Of a DNA stretch of 64,000 bases, positions 14,173 to 26,090 are shown in pieces; within the stretch, counting starts at the first letter, position 1, and each line of letters opens with the position of its first letter. The stretch is taken from assembly GCA_951406725.2 (NCBI GenBank), contig OX597820.1, positions 14,260,001 through 14,324,000 on the forward strand, in the 5' to 3' direction. Made by a program: the position numbers and the translations under genes. Source of the stretch: Octopus vulgaris (lineage: Eukaryota). The notes beneath the pieces were generated by a model. The model made no database searches. It saw only the letters and a list, made by a program, of their open reading frames with translations, and was not told where the DNA came from.

Positions 14173-15604
14173 TCAATCAGGTTGCCGGGTAGGTCTATAG
14201 TTCTTGTAGTTCGCATACTTCTTATGCATGCTATTTGGGGAGTGTTCTGAAAATTTGTTAAGGAGAGGGCCTTTGGCGAACAAGATCTCTAGGCTCTCTG
14301 ATATGCATAGGTCACAGCAGGTATGTCCTCCTGTGTACGAGCGCGCCTTCTGTAGTAGTTTCCACTTGGTCTTGAAGGGGATTGAGTTCCTTTTAAGGTA
14401 CCAGATGTGGGCGGCGAGGGTAGTTTGGTTGGATTTATCCTGTCGCCGGAACGAGTGTGTGTGTGCGTACCAGCGGGTCTTAAAGCTGTTTGACGTCATT
14501 CCAATGTAGGATTTACTTTTATTGTCAAGGCCTGATCTTACCTCGCATTTATATACTAGGTCCCTCTGTAGGCAGTTGTTGTTGAGGGGGCAGGTGGTTT
14601 TATCATGGCAGTTGCAACTGCTATCGGACGTTGGATGGGCCCCGGAGAAAGTAGATATGTTAAGTTTTTTCACATTGTTGTTGGCTAGGTTCCTGGCTAG
14701 ATTGGGCGTGGTAGAGTAGGAGAGTCTAATAGTGTTCTTATTTAGGATAGTGTAGTACTTATGTTGGGTGGGGAAGTGTTTCTGTAGGAGAGTGAAAAAG
14801 ATCTTAGCTACAGGTGTAGCGACCTCACGGTTGAAGGGGGGTTGTACCAGCTAATGTGTCTTCGTCTATTTTTCCTGGGTTGGCGTGGGGCTATACTAGT
14901 GTAGGTAATCTTATCTTTAAAGCCACTGCGGGTGAGGACCTCGTTGTAATAGGGGGCTGCGGCCTTAAAGATATCTTCCGTGGCGGACAGGCTAGAGATT
15001 CTAATTGAGACACTTTTTACTAGGTTATCTAATATATTTTTGGGGTGGTTGGAATTGATATCTATATATCTAAGGGATTCATTTGGTTTGTGGTACGGGT
15101 AATAAAGTGAGGTTTTTAAGTCGAGGGTGACATCGAGGAAGTTAGCCTTTGTTAAGTTGGATTCTAGGGTAATCCTAAGGCCTAAGTTTTTAAAGAAGGT
15201 GTGAAGATTTTTCCGGAACCCATCCGTGGTCCTGGGGTTTATATTGTGGAGGGCGAAAAGGCCGTCATCTCGGTAAAGACCACCGGAGAGGCCTGTGAAT
15301 AGGGTTTTCAGCCTATGGAGGATGAAAAGGCCCACTAGGTCACTTATTTCAGCAGAGTCGTTAGCACCCATGCTGACGTCGAAGGGGGTCACAGATTTTT
15401 TGTTGATCCAGTGGGATCCGTCATAGAAAAGAAAAGTCTTACGTGCGTGGAGGATCACATCTTGCTCGGCCTCGGTGATGGTGGAGGACCTCCTGGCGAA
15501 GTTAATCGCATCGATCAGCAAGCTCTCCGATATAGAGGCGTAGTAATCCTCGATATCCAGTTGTAGGAATCGGGTGTTGCTTTTATCTGGTAAATCCCGG
15601 AACC
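14173..15604 (-). pseudogene. Penelope-like reverse transcriptase plus GIY-YIG endonuclease, 5'-truncated, one frameshift
   Basis: RT motifs LDIEDYY, SMGA, LYRDDGL, FLDVTLDL, SNHP, WYNPP; CNC..CPL..CL linker; VYKCEV...YIGMT..FKTRW..H; CDLC..E, LLNK; frameshift in G6 run 14836-14841. Confidence 0.92.
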
Positions 15605-16042
15605 AGGTTCCGGGATTTACCAGATAAAAGCAACACCCGATTCCTACAACTGGATATCGAGGATTATATCGGAGAGCTTGATCGATGCGATTAACTTGCC
15701 AGGAGGTCCTCCACCATCGAGCAAGATGTGTACGTAAGATATATATATATATATATATATATATGAGTGCGCGTGTGTGTATGTATGCATATATGTATGT
15801 ATGCATGTATATGTGTATGTATATATGTGTGTAAGTGTGTGCATATATGTATATGTAAGTATGTGTGCGTGTATGAGTATGTATGTATGCTTGCACACGT
15901 GTATATATGTGTGTGTGTGTATATATATGGATGCACGTGCGTGTGTGCACGTGTATGGGTACGCATGTATATGTGTATGTGCGTGTATGTGTATACGTGT
16001 ATGTAGGTATGTGTGTGCGTATATTTGTATATGTATGTGTGA

Positions 16043-16081
<39 letters not shown>

Positions 16082-16291
16082 TGGGGGTGTGTGTATGCGT
16101 ATAAATGCATGTAAGTATGGATGTATGGATGTATGTATGTATGTATACGTACGTATGTGTTTGTGTGTATATGTATGTATGTGTGTGTATGTGTGTGTGT
16201 ATATATATATATATATATGTGTGTATATATGTTTGTGTATGTATATATATGTGTATGTATGTGTGTGTATATATATGTGTGTATGTGTATG

Positions 16292-16341
<50 letters not shown>

Positions 16342-16730
16342 TATGTATCTGTATGTAGGAGTATATGTGTGTGTGTGTATGTATATGTGTATATATATAT
16401 ATATGTATATTTATTGGTGTATATGTATAGACTAGCCTCCTAAAGTGTAGACACGAATCTGTAGGTACGAGTACGTATGTGTATATACGTGAACGTATGT
16501 AGATGTTTGTATGTATGAATATAACGCGTGCGTACGTGTATGTGTATGAGTGTACGAATGGGTGAATGTACGTGCTAATGAGTGTGCGTGCGGGAATGAG
16601 TACTTGCCTTCTAGTAGACAGACAAACGGACATGCTGCCATAGCCAGGATCCTTAGCTCTAGCGATCAAAGATAACAAAAGTAATAAATGAAGATAATAA
16701 AATTAAAATTAGGGAATGGGCCTGTATTGG

Positions 16731-16789
<59 letters not shown>

Positions 16790-16896
16790 GTGTTTGTGTT
16801 GGTATGTATAGGTACACATGTGTATGTGTATGTGTATGTATATGTGTATATGTATGTATGTGCACACATGTATATATATGTATGCGTGTATATGTA

Positions 16897-16929
<33 letters not shown>

Positions 16930-17232
16930 GTACATATGTGTATGTGGGTGTATGTATATATAGGTGTAAATATGTGTATATAGGGAACTAGGTGTGTTGT
17001 GTGTGCATGAGTGTATGTGCGTATGAATATATATTTTTCTGTGTATATATGTATGTGTGGTCGTGGGTATATATATACATGTGTGTATGCGTGCATGCAT
17101 GGGAGTGAGTGTATGCATATATACGTGTGTGTATGTGTAGACAGGTATATGCATGTGCATGTGTATAAATTTGTATATGTGGGCGGGTGTATGTATGTGT
17201 GTATGTAGATATGTATGTATATGTGTGTATAT

Positions 17233-17273
<41 letters not shown>

Positions 17274-17593
17274 TGTGTATATATATGTGTGTAGATACGT
17301 ATACATATGTGTATAGGTATAAGTGAGAATCTCCTTATTTACCTATAACTCTATCCCCCCTTTTTTTATATATATATTTTTTTTATATATATATTTTTTA
17401 TATATATTTTTTATTTTTTTATTTTTTTATTTATTTTTTTATTTATCTATTCTTTCATCTAACTTACCACTGACTCCTTGACCACTCCCCCAAGTATGAT
17501 ATTTTGCGCTATGCCTACCCCCAAAAAAGTCCCCTACCACCACTCCTTTAAACCTGCCTAAATGTATAAATGCTAATACAATTCTTGTTAAAT

Positions 17594-17644
17594 AGCTTCC
17601 TGAAGATTTCTCTTGAATGAAACAGTACTAGTCCTGTAGAAGCT
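17594..17644 (+). ncRNA. Type I hammerhead ribozyme (inverted Penelope arm)
   Basis: Reverse complement of 10794-10844; CTGAAGA 17600-06, GAAA 17619-22. Confidence 0.85.
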
Positions 17645-17649
17645 CCTTC

Positions 17650-17726
<77 letters not shown>

Positions 17727-17749
17727 AATATATATATACATACATATAG

Positions 17750-18355
17750 AGTCCATAACCCGTGGCCTTCTACATGGGATGGAGCCGGCCTACGTATGCA
17801 TACCTTCCCTTCTTGGGACACAAAACTCTACTTGTGAAGACCTGTTGAGGCAAGTGAGGATCAGAATCGAAATCGATCAATGGAAATTGCAGATGTGTTA
17901 CCAGTGCCGGTGGCATGTCGAGACTCTACTTGTGAAGACCCGTTGAGGCAAGTGAGGATCAGAATCGAAATCGATCAATGGAAATCGATCAATGGAAATT
18001 GCAGATGTGTTACCAGTGCCGGTGGCATGTAAGAGAACCTTCCGTTTCGCGACCGTTGCCAGCACCGCCCCGTTTCGTGTCTGTTGCCAGCCTCGCCTGG
18101 CCCTCGTGCCGGTGGCACAATAAAAAGCACTATCCGTTCATGGCCGTTTGCCAGCTCTGTCTGGCACCTGTGCGGGTGGCACGTAAAAAGCACCCACTAC
18201 ACTCTCGGAGTGGTTGGCGTTAGGAAGGGCATCCAGCCGTAGAAACACTGCCAGATTTGACTGGGCCTGATGAAGCCTTCTGGCTTCACAGACCCCAGTA
18301 GAACCGTCCAACCCATGCTAGCATGGAAAACGGACGCTAAACGATGATGATGATG
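17750..18355 (+). mobile_element. RTE 3' UTR / family D repeat with ~97-bp internal duplication
   Basis: actctacttgtgaagacc...ccggtggcatgt occurs twice; ends aacgatgatgatg. Confidence 0.7.
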
Positions 18356-18715
18356 ATAGATATGTATATATATATGTAAATATATATATACATACATATA
18401 GATATGTATATATATATATATATATGTAATATATATATATATATATATATATGTAAATATATATATACATACATATAGATATGTATATATATATATATAT
18501 ATATAAAATAGTAAAGAGTGAAAAAACCACAGATGGCTTCTGTCGTTTTTTCACTCTTTACTATTTTTTATATATTCACCCACATGCTTTCACAAACCAA
18601 CTTTCTTATCTATCTATATATATATATATATATATGTAAATATATATATATATGTAAATATATATATACATACATATAGATATATATATACATATATATG
18701 TAAATATATGTGCAT

Positions 18716-18827
<112 letters not shown>

Positions 18828-18923
18828 TATATATATATATACATATACACTGTATATATACACATATACACTATATATATACACTATATATATATATATA
18901 TACACATATACACTATATATATA

Positions 18924-18964
<41 letters not shown>

Positions 18965-20751
18965 CTATTGTCAATACAGACACCTTACATTTTATACACA
19001 ATATACCTATACAAACACCCTGCTTATATACACTCTAAAACAAATACAATTCCGAAACATACCACCCACAGCACCAGCACACTACTCATACATGCCTCTC
19101 TTTCTCTGTCACTTCCTTCTATATAAACTGAGATTAGTTTATATACACTTCTGCGTGTTTTTTTGTGCCAAACACTTTTTTTTTTTTTTTGTGCAAACTT
19201 TCTGGGGGTTTTGTTACACATTCTCTCAGCATAAACTGCTGTTTGTATGGAGAGACACGCCTTGTAGAGTTAACAGCTTGCTAGCCGACTGGTCAGGGCA
19301 TTGGCGAAAGTTGTTTGTTGTATAACCCTAGGTTACTTCTTTGGGTAGCCAAGAATCTCCTCTGTAGTAAGACAACTGTCTCTATCCCTCTCTCTCTCTC
19401 TCTTTCTCTGAGTGACTCCCACCCTTCTTCTTCTTCCTTGTCCTACTGGGGTAGCCAAGTATCTCCTTTATAGTAAAACAACTATTTCTGTCCCTCTATT
19501 ATACCTATTTCTTTACTACCCACAAGGGGCTAAACACAGAGAGGACAAACAAGGACAGACAAACGGATTAAGTCGATTATATCGACCCCAGTGCATAACT
19601 GGTACTTATTTAATCGACCCTGAAAAGATGAAAGGCAAAGTCAACCTTGGCAGAATTTGAACTCAGAACATAGCGGCAGACGAAATACTGCTAAGCATTT
19701 CGCCCAGCACACTAGTGATTCTGCCAGTTTGTCCCTCTATTATACCCTAACTGAAGGGTCTCCAAAGTGGTCTATATTGACTCCTGGGGGTCAATAGAAC
19801 AATTCAAGGGGTCAATAAATGCACATCTACTTAATTATTATTATTTATTTATTTATTTTCTTGTACATGCCTGGTGGGGGGGAGGGGGTCGATGAGGGGG
19901 TCAAGGATTCCATGAAGGGGTTGGTGGGCTAAAATGTTTGGGGTCCCCTGCTCTAACCTCTCACCTGGCACACAACCACTTTCCTCAGTTTTACACTCTC
20001 TCTCTCTCTCTCTCAGCTGAGAGGTCTTTGTCTTACAAGTTAGTTGGTGACTCCACCTGTGCTGGTGCCACATAACAGACACCTGTGGCTGGTTCCACAT
20101 TAAAAAATACCTGTGCTAGGAGAAACATATATGGAATATGATAGAATATACAAAAAATGTTGAAATTGAGAAAAAGATTCCCAAAATAAAAAGGGTGAAA
20201 TTAGCGCCGAATGAGTTCAATGAAAACTCCAAAGCAGTCTTGCTTAATAGAACGAGAGGCGAGAAATTAAAAGAACTATTTGGAGATAAAATAGAGGTAA
20301 CACCAATACAGGTTTGGTTTGATGAATTGCTACCAGTAGTGGAATTCGAGGAACTGATGTAGTATCTAGCATGAAAAAAAGAAAGTGAGAAAAAATTTTT
20401 TAATTAATAGTGACTTTTAAAAAAGATGCAAAAAGAAAAAAAGAATTGTTTTTTAAACATTATCCATAAACAGTTAATTGACACTGCCTGTGAGTGGGGA
20501 GCAAGTAAGATATTTCATCTTTCATTTTCTTCATTATAATTCATAAATTTCATTCATTCGTTATATGTTGTATGTACCCCACTGTGCTGTGTTGTCTGTC
20601 CTTGTATTGTCCCCTCTTTATCGAGCTTCAGTGCTGAATAAAAGAAATCAGTTCCACAGTAATAAGTACCCAATACACTCTCTAAAGATGTTGATGTTAG
20701 AAAGAGCATCCAGCCATGGAAGCTTTGCCAAAGCAGATAAATGGAGCCTGG

Positions 20752-21255
20752 TGCAGCTCTCCAGCTGACCAACTCTCTGGCTGACCAGCTCTCCAGTTGA
20801 CCAGTTCTCCAGTTGACCAGCTCTCTGGCTGACCAGTTCTCCAGCTGACTAGCTCTCCGACTGACCAGCTTTCCGGCTGACCAGCTCTCTGATTGACCAG
20901 CTCTCCAGCTGACCAGCTCTCTGACTGACCATCTCTCTGGCTGACCAGTTCTCTGGCTGACCAGTTCTCCTGCTGACCAGCTCTCCGACTGACCAGCTCT
21001 CCGACTGACCAGCTCTCCGGCTGACCAGTTCTCTGGCTGACCAGCTCTCCTGCTGACCAGCTCTCCGACTGACCAGCTCTCCGGCTGACCAGTTCTCTGG
21101 CTGACCAGTTCTCCTGCTGACCAGCTCTCCGACTGACCAGCTCTCTGGCTGACCAGCTCTCCAGCTGACCAGCTCTCCAGCTGACCAGCTCTCTGATTGA
21201 CCAGCTCTCCTGCTGACCAGCTCTCTGGCTGACCAGCTCTCTGGCTGACCAGCTC
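20752..21255. repeat. 15-bp minisatellite (GCTGACCAGCTCTCY) inside a family D repeat
   Basis: Roughly 33 tandem units; explains the AGQPESWSAGELV ORFs. Confidence 0.9.
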
Positions 21256-21679
21256 CTGCCAAACCATGCAAGCCATACCAACATGGAAAATGGATGTTAA
21301 AAGATAATGATGATGATGATGATGATAATATGAAAAGTATCTGGTCAGGGATCTCATCACAGGCTGATGGGACTTGCTACTGGTGCCATGTAAACCAACA
21401 GTACCCGTTCCATGGTTGAGTGATTGGCAACTTAACAGGCTTTTCCACTTGAGTAGTTTCCTACTCTTGTGAGGAGAGTGTCTGGACACCCAAGAGGACT
21501 AAAATCAACACCTATCCAGTTGGGGAAGGCAGTGGTAAACCACCTCAGTATTTCTGCTGAAAAATGCACTACAAAAAAGTCAGAATGAAGTAACATGTTA
21601 ACCATGAAGGCTTCCATTGTTGTATCATCAATGTGCTACAAAATGCACATGATACATGATGATGATGATGATGGCATGA

Positions 21680-23770
21680 AAGTACTTCCAACTTCAGTTC
21701 CTGTAATTTGAGTATTGTTCTTTGTGCAACATGTGGTCAAGCATTGTCTTGCAAGACAATTGGCCTGTTTCTATTAACCAATCTCAGTTGTTTTGTTGCA
21801 AGTTCACTCATCATTTCATCCAATTGGTTGATGTGTACATCCCCTGTAATTGACTTGGTGGCTGCTGTTAGTTCAAATATGGTAAAATGGGAGGTGTTGA
21901 TGTCCAGCGTGTCTGATATAGGCACACTTGGAAGAGTGGGGTTTTCAGGGACTTTGGCATTCTTCCCAAGGAGGTTTTTAAAATGGGTTGATCAATTTTC
22001 TAAACGCTTCTTAGCTGATCCCCCTTTAATTCTAATTGATGACCCAGAATTTTTGCCTGATAAGTCTTTGATGGATTTCCAGGCGTGATGGTGTTTTTTA
22101 CTAATGTGCTCTTTGGATAGTTTACTAATTTTGCCATTGATAAAGTCGACCCCTGACGGAGAAACATCTTTCTTAATCAAAGCCGGAATACTGCAGGCAG
22201 ACACACTCGCCCCATTTCTTTTCGTCATTGTTGTTGATTATGTGCTACGTATGTCAGTTGATACCATCTCTGGCAAGGGCTTTGAAATAAAACCAAGAAG
22301 TTCCAGACACCCAGCTGAGTACTTGACAGACACTGACTTTGCTGACGACATCGCTCTTATCAGTGATTCTCTCTCCAATGCCCAGTATCTTTTACAATCT
22401 CTTGAACAAGCCTCAAATTGTGTAGGTCTTTACCTCAATGAGGCCAAAACTGAATACATAAACAAGTGCCTGTCCAACCGTGATTGCATCATCCATACTC
22501 TCAACAATGTGCCCTTAAATATGGTTTCTGATTATAAATATCTTGGGTCATACATATCATCATCTGGAAAAGACTTTCTAACTAGAAAGGGTATGGCCTG
22601 GTCAGCCTGTAATGACATGCATAAGATCTGGTCATCAAATTTAAGTAGAGACTTCAAACTTGAAATCTTCAAAGCCACAGTCGAACCAATTCTACTATAT
22701 GGCTCAGAAACCTGGACATTATCAAAGAAGCTTGAGAGGCGGTTGGATGGAACCTACACTCGCCTCCTTATGAGAGCTCAAAATATCTCCAACCAAAATG
22801 CAAATATATGGGAAACTACCACCTGTGTCATCTCTTGTGAAAGGTAGGAGAGTCCAGTTTGCTGGACATTGTTGTAGAGCTGAAAAAGAAGTAATTTCTA
22901 CTCTTCTCCTCTGGAAGCCATCTACTCGCAATACCAGAGGGCGCACACTCTCCTACTCTGATGTAATCTCCAGGGATACAGACATCCAGCAACAGGACCT
23001 CTGTAATGCCATGATGGACCATGAGGTCTGGCGTAGCATGGTAAATTCCATTGTTTCGACCACAGTCGAACAATGATGATGATGATGATGTAATTGACTT
23101 ACCAGATCTCATGAAGCTGAAGTGGATGACACCAGCTTTGGACCACCAAAAAGACACCATTAGCTTTTTATTGTTGAATATTCTTTTTTGGATTGTGTTT
23201 TGGCATTTTGTCTCTATCCAACCACCGTGCAGCACGCTTGCTATTGTTGAAAAGAATCCATTTTTCATCACACATAACAATACGATGCAAAAATGGTTTG
23301 CTTTTATGTTGTGGCAGCAAAGAACAGAAAGTTTCAAGACGACGTGAAATTTGATGCTCGTTCAGTTCATGTAGTACCCACATGTCCTGCTTCTTTACCT
23401 TGCTGATTTCTTTCAGATGGTCCAATGCAGTTGGAATCGAAACATCAAACATTGCTGCTAACTCACATGTTGTTTGAGATGTATCCGCTTCCACTACAGT
23501 TTCCAGCTCATTGTTATCCACTTTGGTCACACGGGGCTGATTTTCAAGAGTAAAGTCACCAGACCAGAACTTCCCAAGCCATCGATGTACAGTGCACTCA
23601 TTTGCCACATCTTCACCAAACACCTCACTGATGTTTCGAGCTGTCTGGGATGCATTGGTTCATAAACAACATGAATTCTTTATCTATTCCTGAGTTCACA
23701 AAAATTGATTTACAAGAGAAAACTCAAAATATAATCAGACACCAAGAACTGTATTTCGAAAAGTGATGAT
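21680..23770 (-). pseudogene. Mariner (Tc1/mariner) transposase pseudogene interrupted by a LINE
   Basis: VFGEDVANECTVHRW, WVLHEL, RIVMCDEKWILFNN, KKLMVSFWW..GVIH; resumes below 21856 as SITGDVHINQLDEM...LQDNA*PH; outer limits approximate. Confidence 0.88.
21857..23088 (+). mobile_element. RTE-type LINE, 5'-truncated with 5' inversion and (GAT)n tail
   Basis: RT motifs GILQADTLAPFLF, DFADDIAL, YKYLGS, LLYGSETW; 21857-~22149 is antisense; TSD TGTAATTGACTT at 21845-21856 and 23089-23100. Confidence 0.9.
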
Positions 23771-24084
23771 GTAACTCTTTCAATGTTGTAAAACAAAGAA
23801 TTGTCAGGATAAAACATTAGAGTTAGCGACTGCCAAACTTGGTGAATAAGGAATTGGATATTTCATTCTTAATGACTTGATATTTTTTGAAATGAGAGAG
23901 AGTGAAAGCTGTGTGTTGCTGGTACTTTATAAATATTGGATTATTGCTACTTTTACAGTTGTAAAATGTTGGATTATGGCTGTTCATAAATTTCTGAAGC
24001 TTCTGGTAGTGGCTACTAAAGAAAGAATTAATCCTTTTGTTACCATATTTCTGTTGAACTAGATTGGTTTTACTCTTTACTCTT

Positions 24085-24470
24085 TTACTTTTTTACTTGT
24101 TTCAGTCATTTGACTGTGGCCATGCTGGAGCACCGCCTTTAGTCAAGCAAATCAACCCCAGGACTTATTCTTTGTAAGCCCAGTACTTATTCTATCAGTC
24201 TCTTTTGCCGAACCGCTAAGTGACGGGGACGTAAACACACCAGCATCAGTTGTCAAGCAATGCTAGGGGGACAAACACAGACACACAAACATACACGCAC
24301 ACATAGACACACATATATACATATATACATATATACGACAGGCTTCTTTCAGTTTCAGTCTACCAAATCCACTCACAAGGCTTTGGTCGGCCCAAGGTGC
24401 CACACAGTGGGACTGAACCCAGAACCATGTGGTTGGTAAGCAAGCTACTTACCACACAGCCACTCCTGCA
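24085..24470 (-). mobile_element. tRNA-derived SINE, family A
   Basis: Head GCAGGAGTGGCTGTGTGGTAAG...GGTTCAGTCCCAC on minus; copies at ~26400-26787, 50222-50605, 57610-57992 (-) and 35601-35998, 41223-41583, 48394-48880, 56472-56915 (+). Confidence 0.8.
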
Positions 24471-25505
24471 CTATTTGTTTCAAATAGTTTTGAATCTAAT
24501 GAAGAATCTTGTAAAATGATACTGTAAATATTACTAGATTTTAGAACTTAAAATGACATGAAATTCTGATGGTAAGCTTCAATTTAGATCACTTTAACAC
24601 TCTTGTGACCATATTTTGGTGGAAATACATTGCTTTGTTTCATCTATTTTTGACAATAATGAAGAATGTGGTAAAATAACTTCGTCATTATTAACCCATT
24701 AACTGCCAAATCTTTTTATATTCTTTACCCTTGCCAGGTGTCTTAAGAGTTAAAATAATATATGATATTTAAATATTTTGAAAACTCTCAAATGGGAATT
24801 GCTGAAAAAAAAGCATATTTATCCTTTTCTGTTCAATTGCAATAATAAACATTTTAGTTTCTTTGAAACTCTAGTATCAACTGTGAATGTGTATGAAATA
24901 GCAATGAATGTTAGAGATGGAAAATGCAAGAAAATGAAAAGAAAAAAACGTTTTCAAAACAGTTAATACTTTTGTAGTTCAAAAATAGTGATTTATGACA
25001 TAAAATGTTCTCTGGATTTCACCAGAGCTAATAATGACGAACTTTAACTACTAAATATTGTTAAACACAACCTACTGCAAATGCAATGTACACAAGCAAT
25101 TCACTTTAAATTCAACAAACAACCAGCAGTGAGATTGTTTTTATCAGATCCCAAATGGGGCTCATGGCAGGCAATGGGTTAAGCTGGTTTTTAGAACTTA
25201 TCATGAAAATTTGATGGAAGGTTTTAATTTCAATCACTTTAACCCTTTAGTGTTTGCATTATTCTGCCAAAATTAATGCTTTTTTTACCCACATTGTTTT
25301 GAACTAATCATGCATTATCTTGTAGCTATGAGATTTTGATGAGGTAGCTGTTAATTTTTAAGATGATATTGTAGGGTTGGTGTGAGAGGCCAGATATGGC
25401 CAGTTTGAACATAAAACAGGCAGAATACTTTTGGCCGGATCGCCTTACTGGCGCTTGTGCTGGTGGCATGTGAAAAAACATTCGAGCGAGGTCGATTGTG
25501 GATTG

Positions 25506-26090
25506 TGGATTGTGTTTTGGCATTTTGTCTCTATCCAACCACCGTGCAGCACGCTTGCTATTGTTGAAAAGAATCCATTTTTCATCACACATAACAATAC
25601 GATGCAAAAATGGTTTGCTTTTATGTTGTGGCAGCAAAGAACAGAAAGTTTCAAGAAGACGTGAAATTTGATGCTCGTTCAGTTCATGTAGTACCCACAT
25701 GTCCTGCTTCTTTACCTTGCTGATTTCTTTCAGATGGTCCAATGCAGTTGGAATCGAAACATCAAACATTGCTGCTAACTCACATGTTGTTTGAGATGTA
25801 TCCGCTTCCACTACAGTTTCCAGCTCATTGTTATCCACTTTGGTCACACGGGGCTGATTTTCAAGAGTAAAGTCACCAGACCAGAACTTCCCAAGCCATC
25901 GATGTACAGTGCACTCATTTGCCACATCTTCACCAAACACCTCACTGATGTTTCGAGCTGTCTGGGATGCATTGGTTCATAAACAACATGAATTCTTTAT
26001 CTATTCCTGAGTTCACAAAAATTGATTTACAAGAGAAAACTCAAAATATAATCAGACACCATTAACTGCATTTCGAAAAGTGATGATGTA
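25506..26090 (-). pseudogene. Duplicated 5' half of the mariner transposase
   Basis: ORF 25326-25940 matches 23168-23623 up to KMPKHNP. Confidence 0.85.

Larger units (their letters stand above)
10711..17658 (-). mobile_element. Penelope-like element (probably Naiad-type), 5'-truncated, fold-back palindrome
   Basis: RT+GIY-YIG coding region, long microsatellite-rich 3' region with terminal HHR; 10781-12850 mirrored at ~15763-17658. Confidence 0.88.

Noticed and set aside
14173-15604. Selenocysteine recoding, reported for some Naiad elements
   Set aside because: No in-frame TGA in the retained ORF and no SECIS recognised.
18266-18290. CTGATGA in family D tails (also at 46652)
   Set aside because: No GAAA or closing stems; it is a variant of the family motif CCTGGTGCAGCC.
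19270-19320. Possible HHR relic (GCCGA..TTGGC GAAA)
   Set aside because: The CTGANGA box is absent; too degenerate to call.
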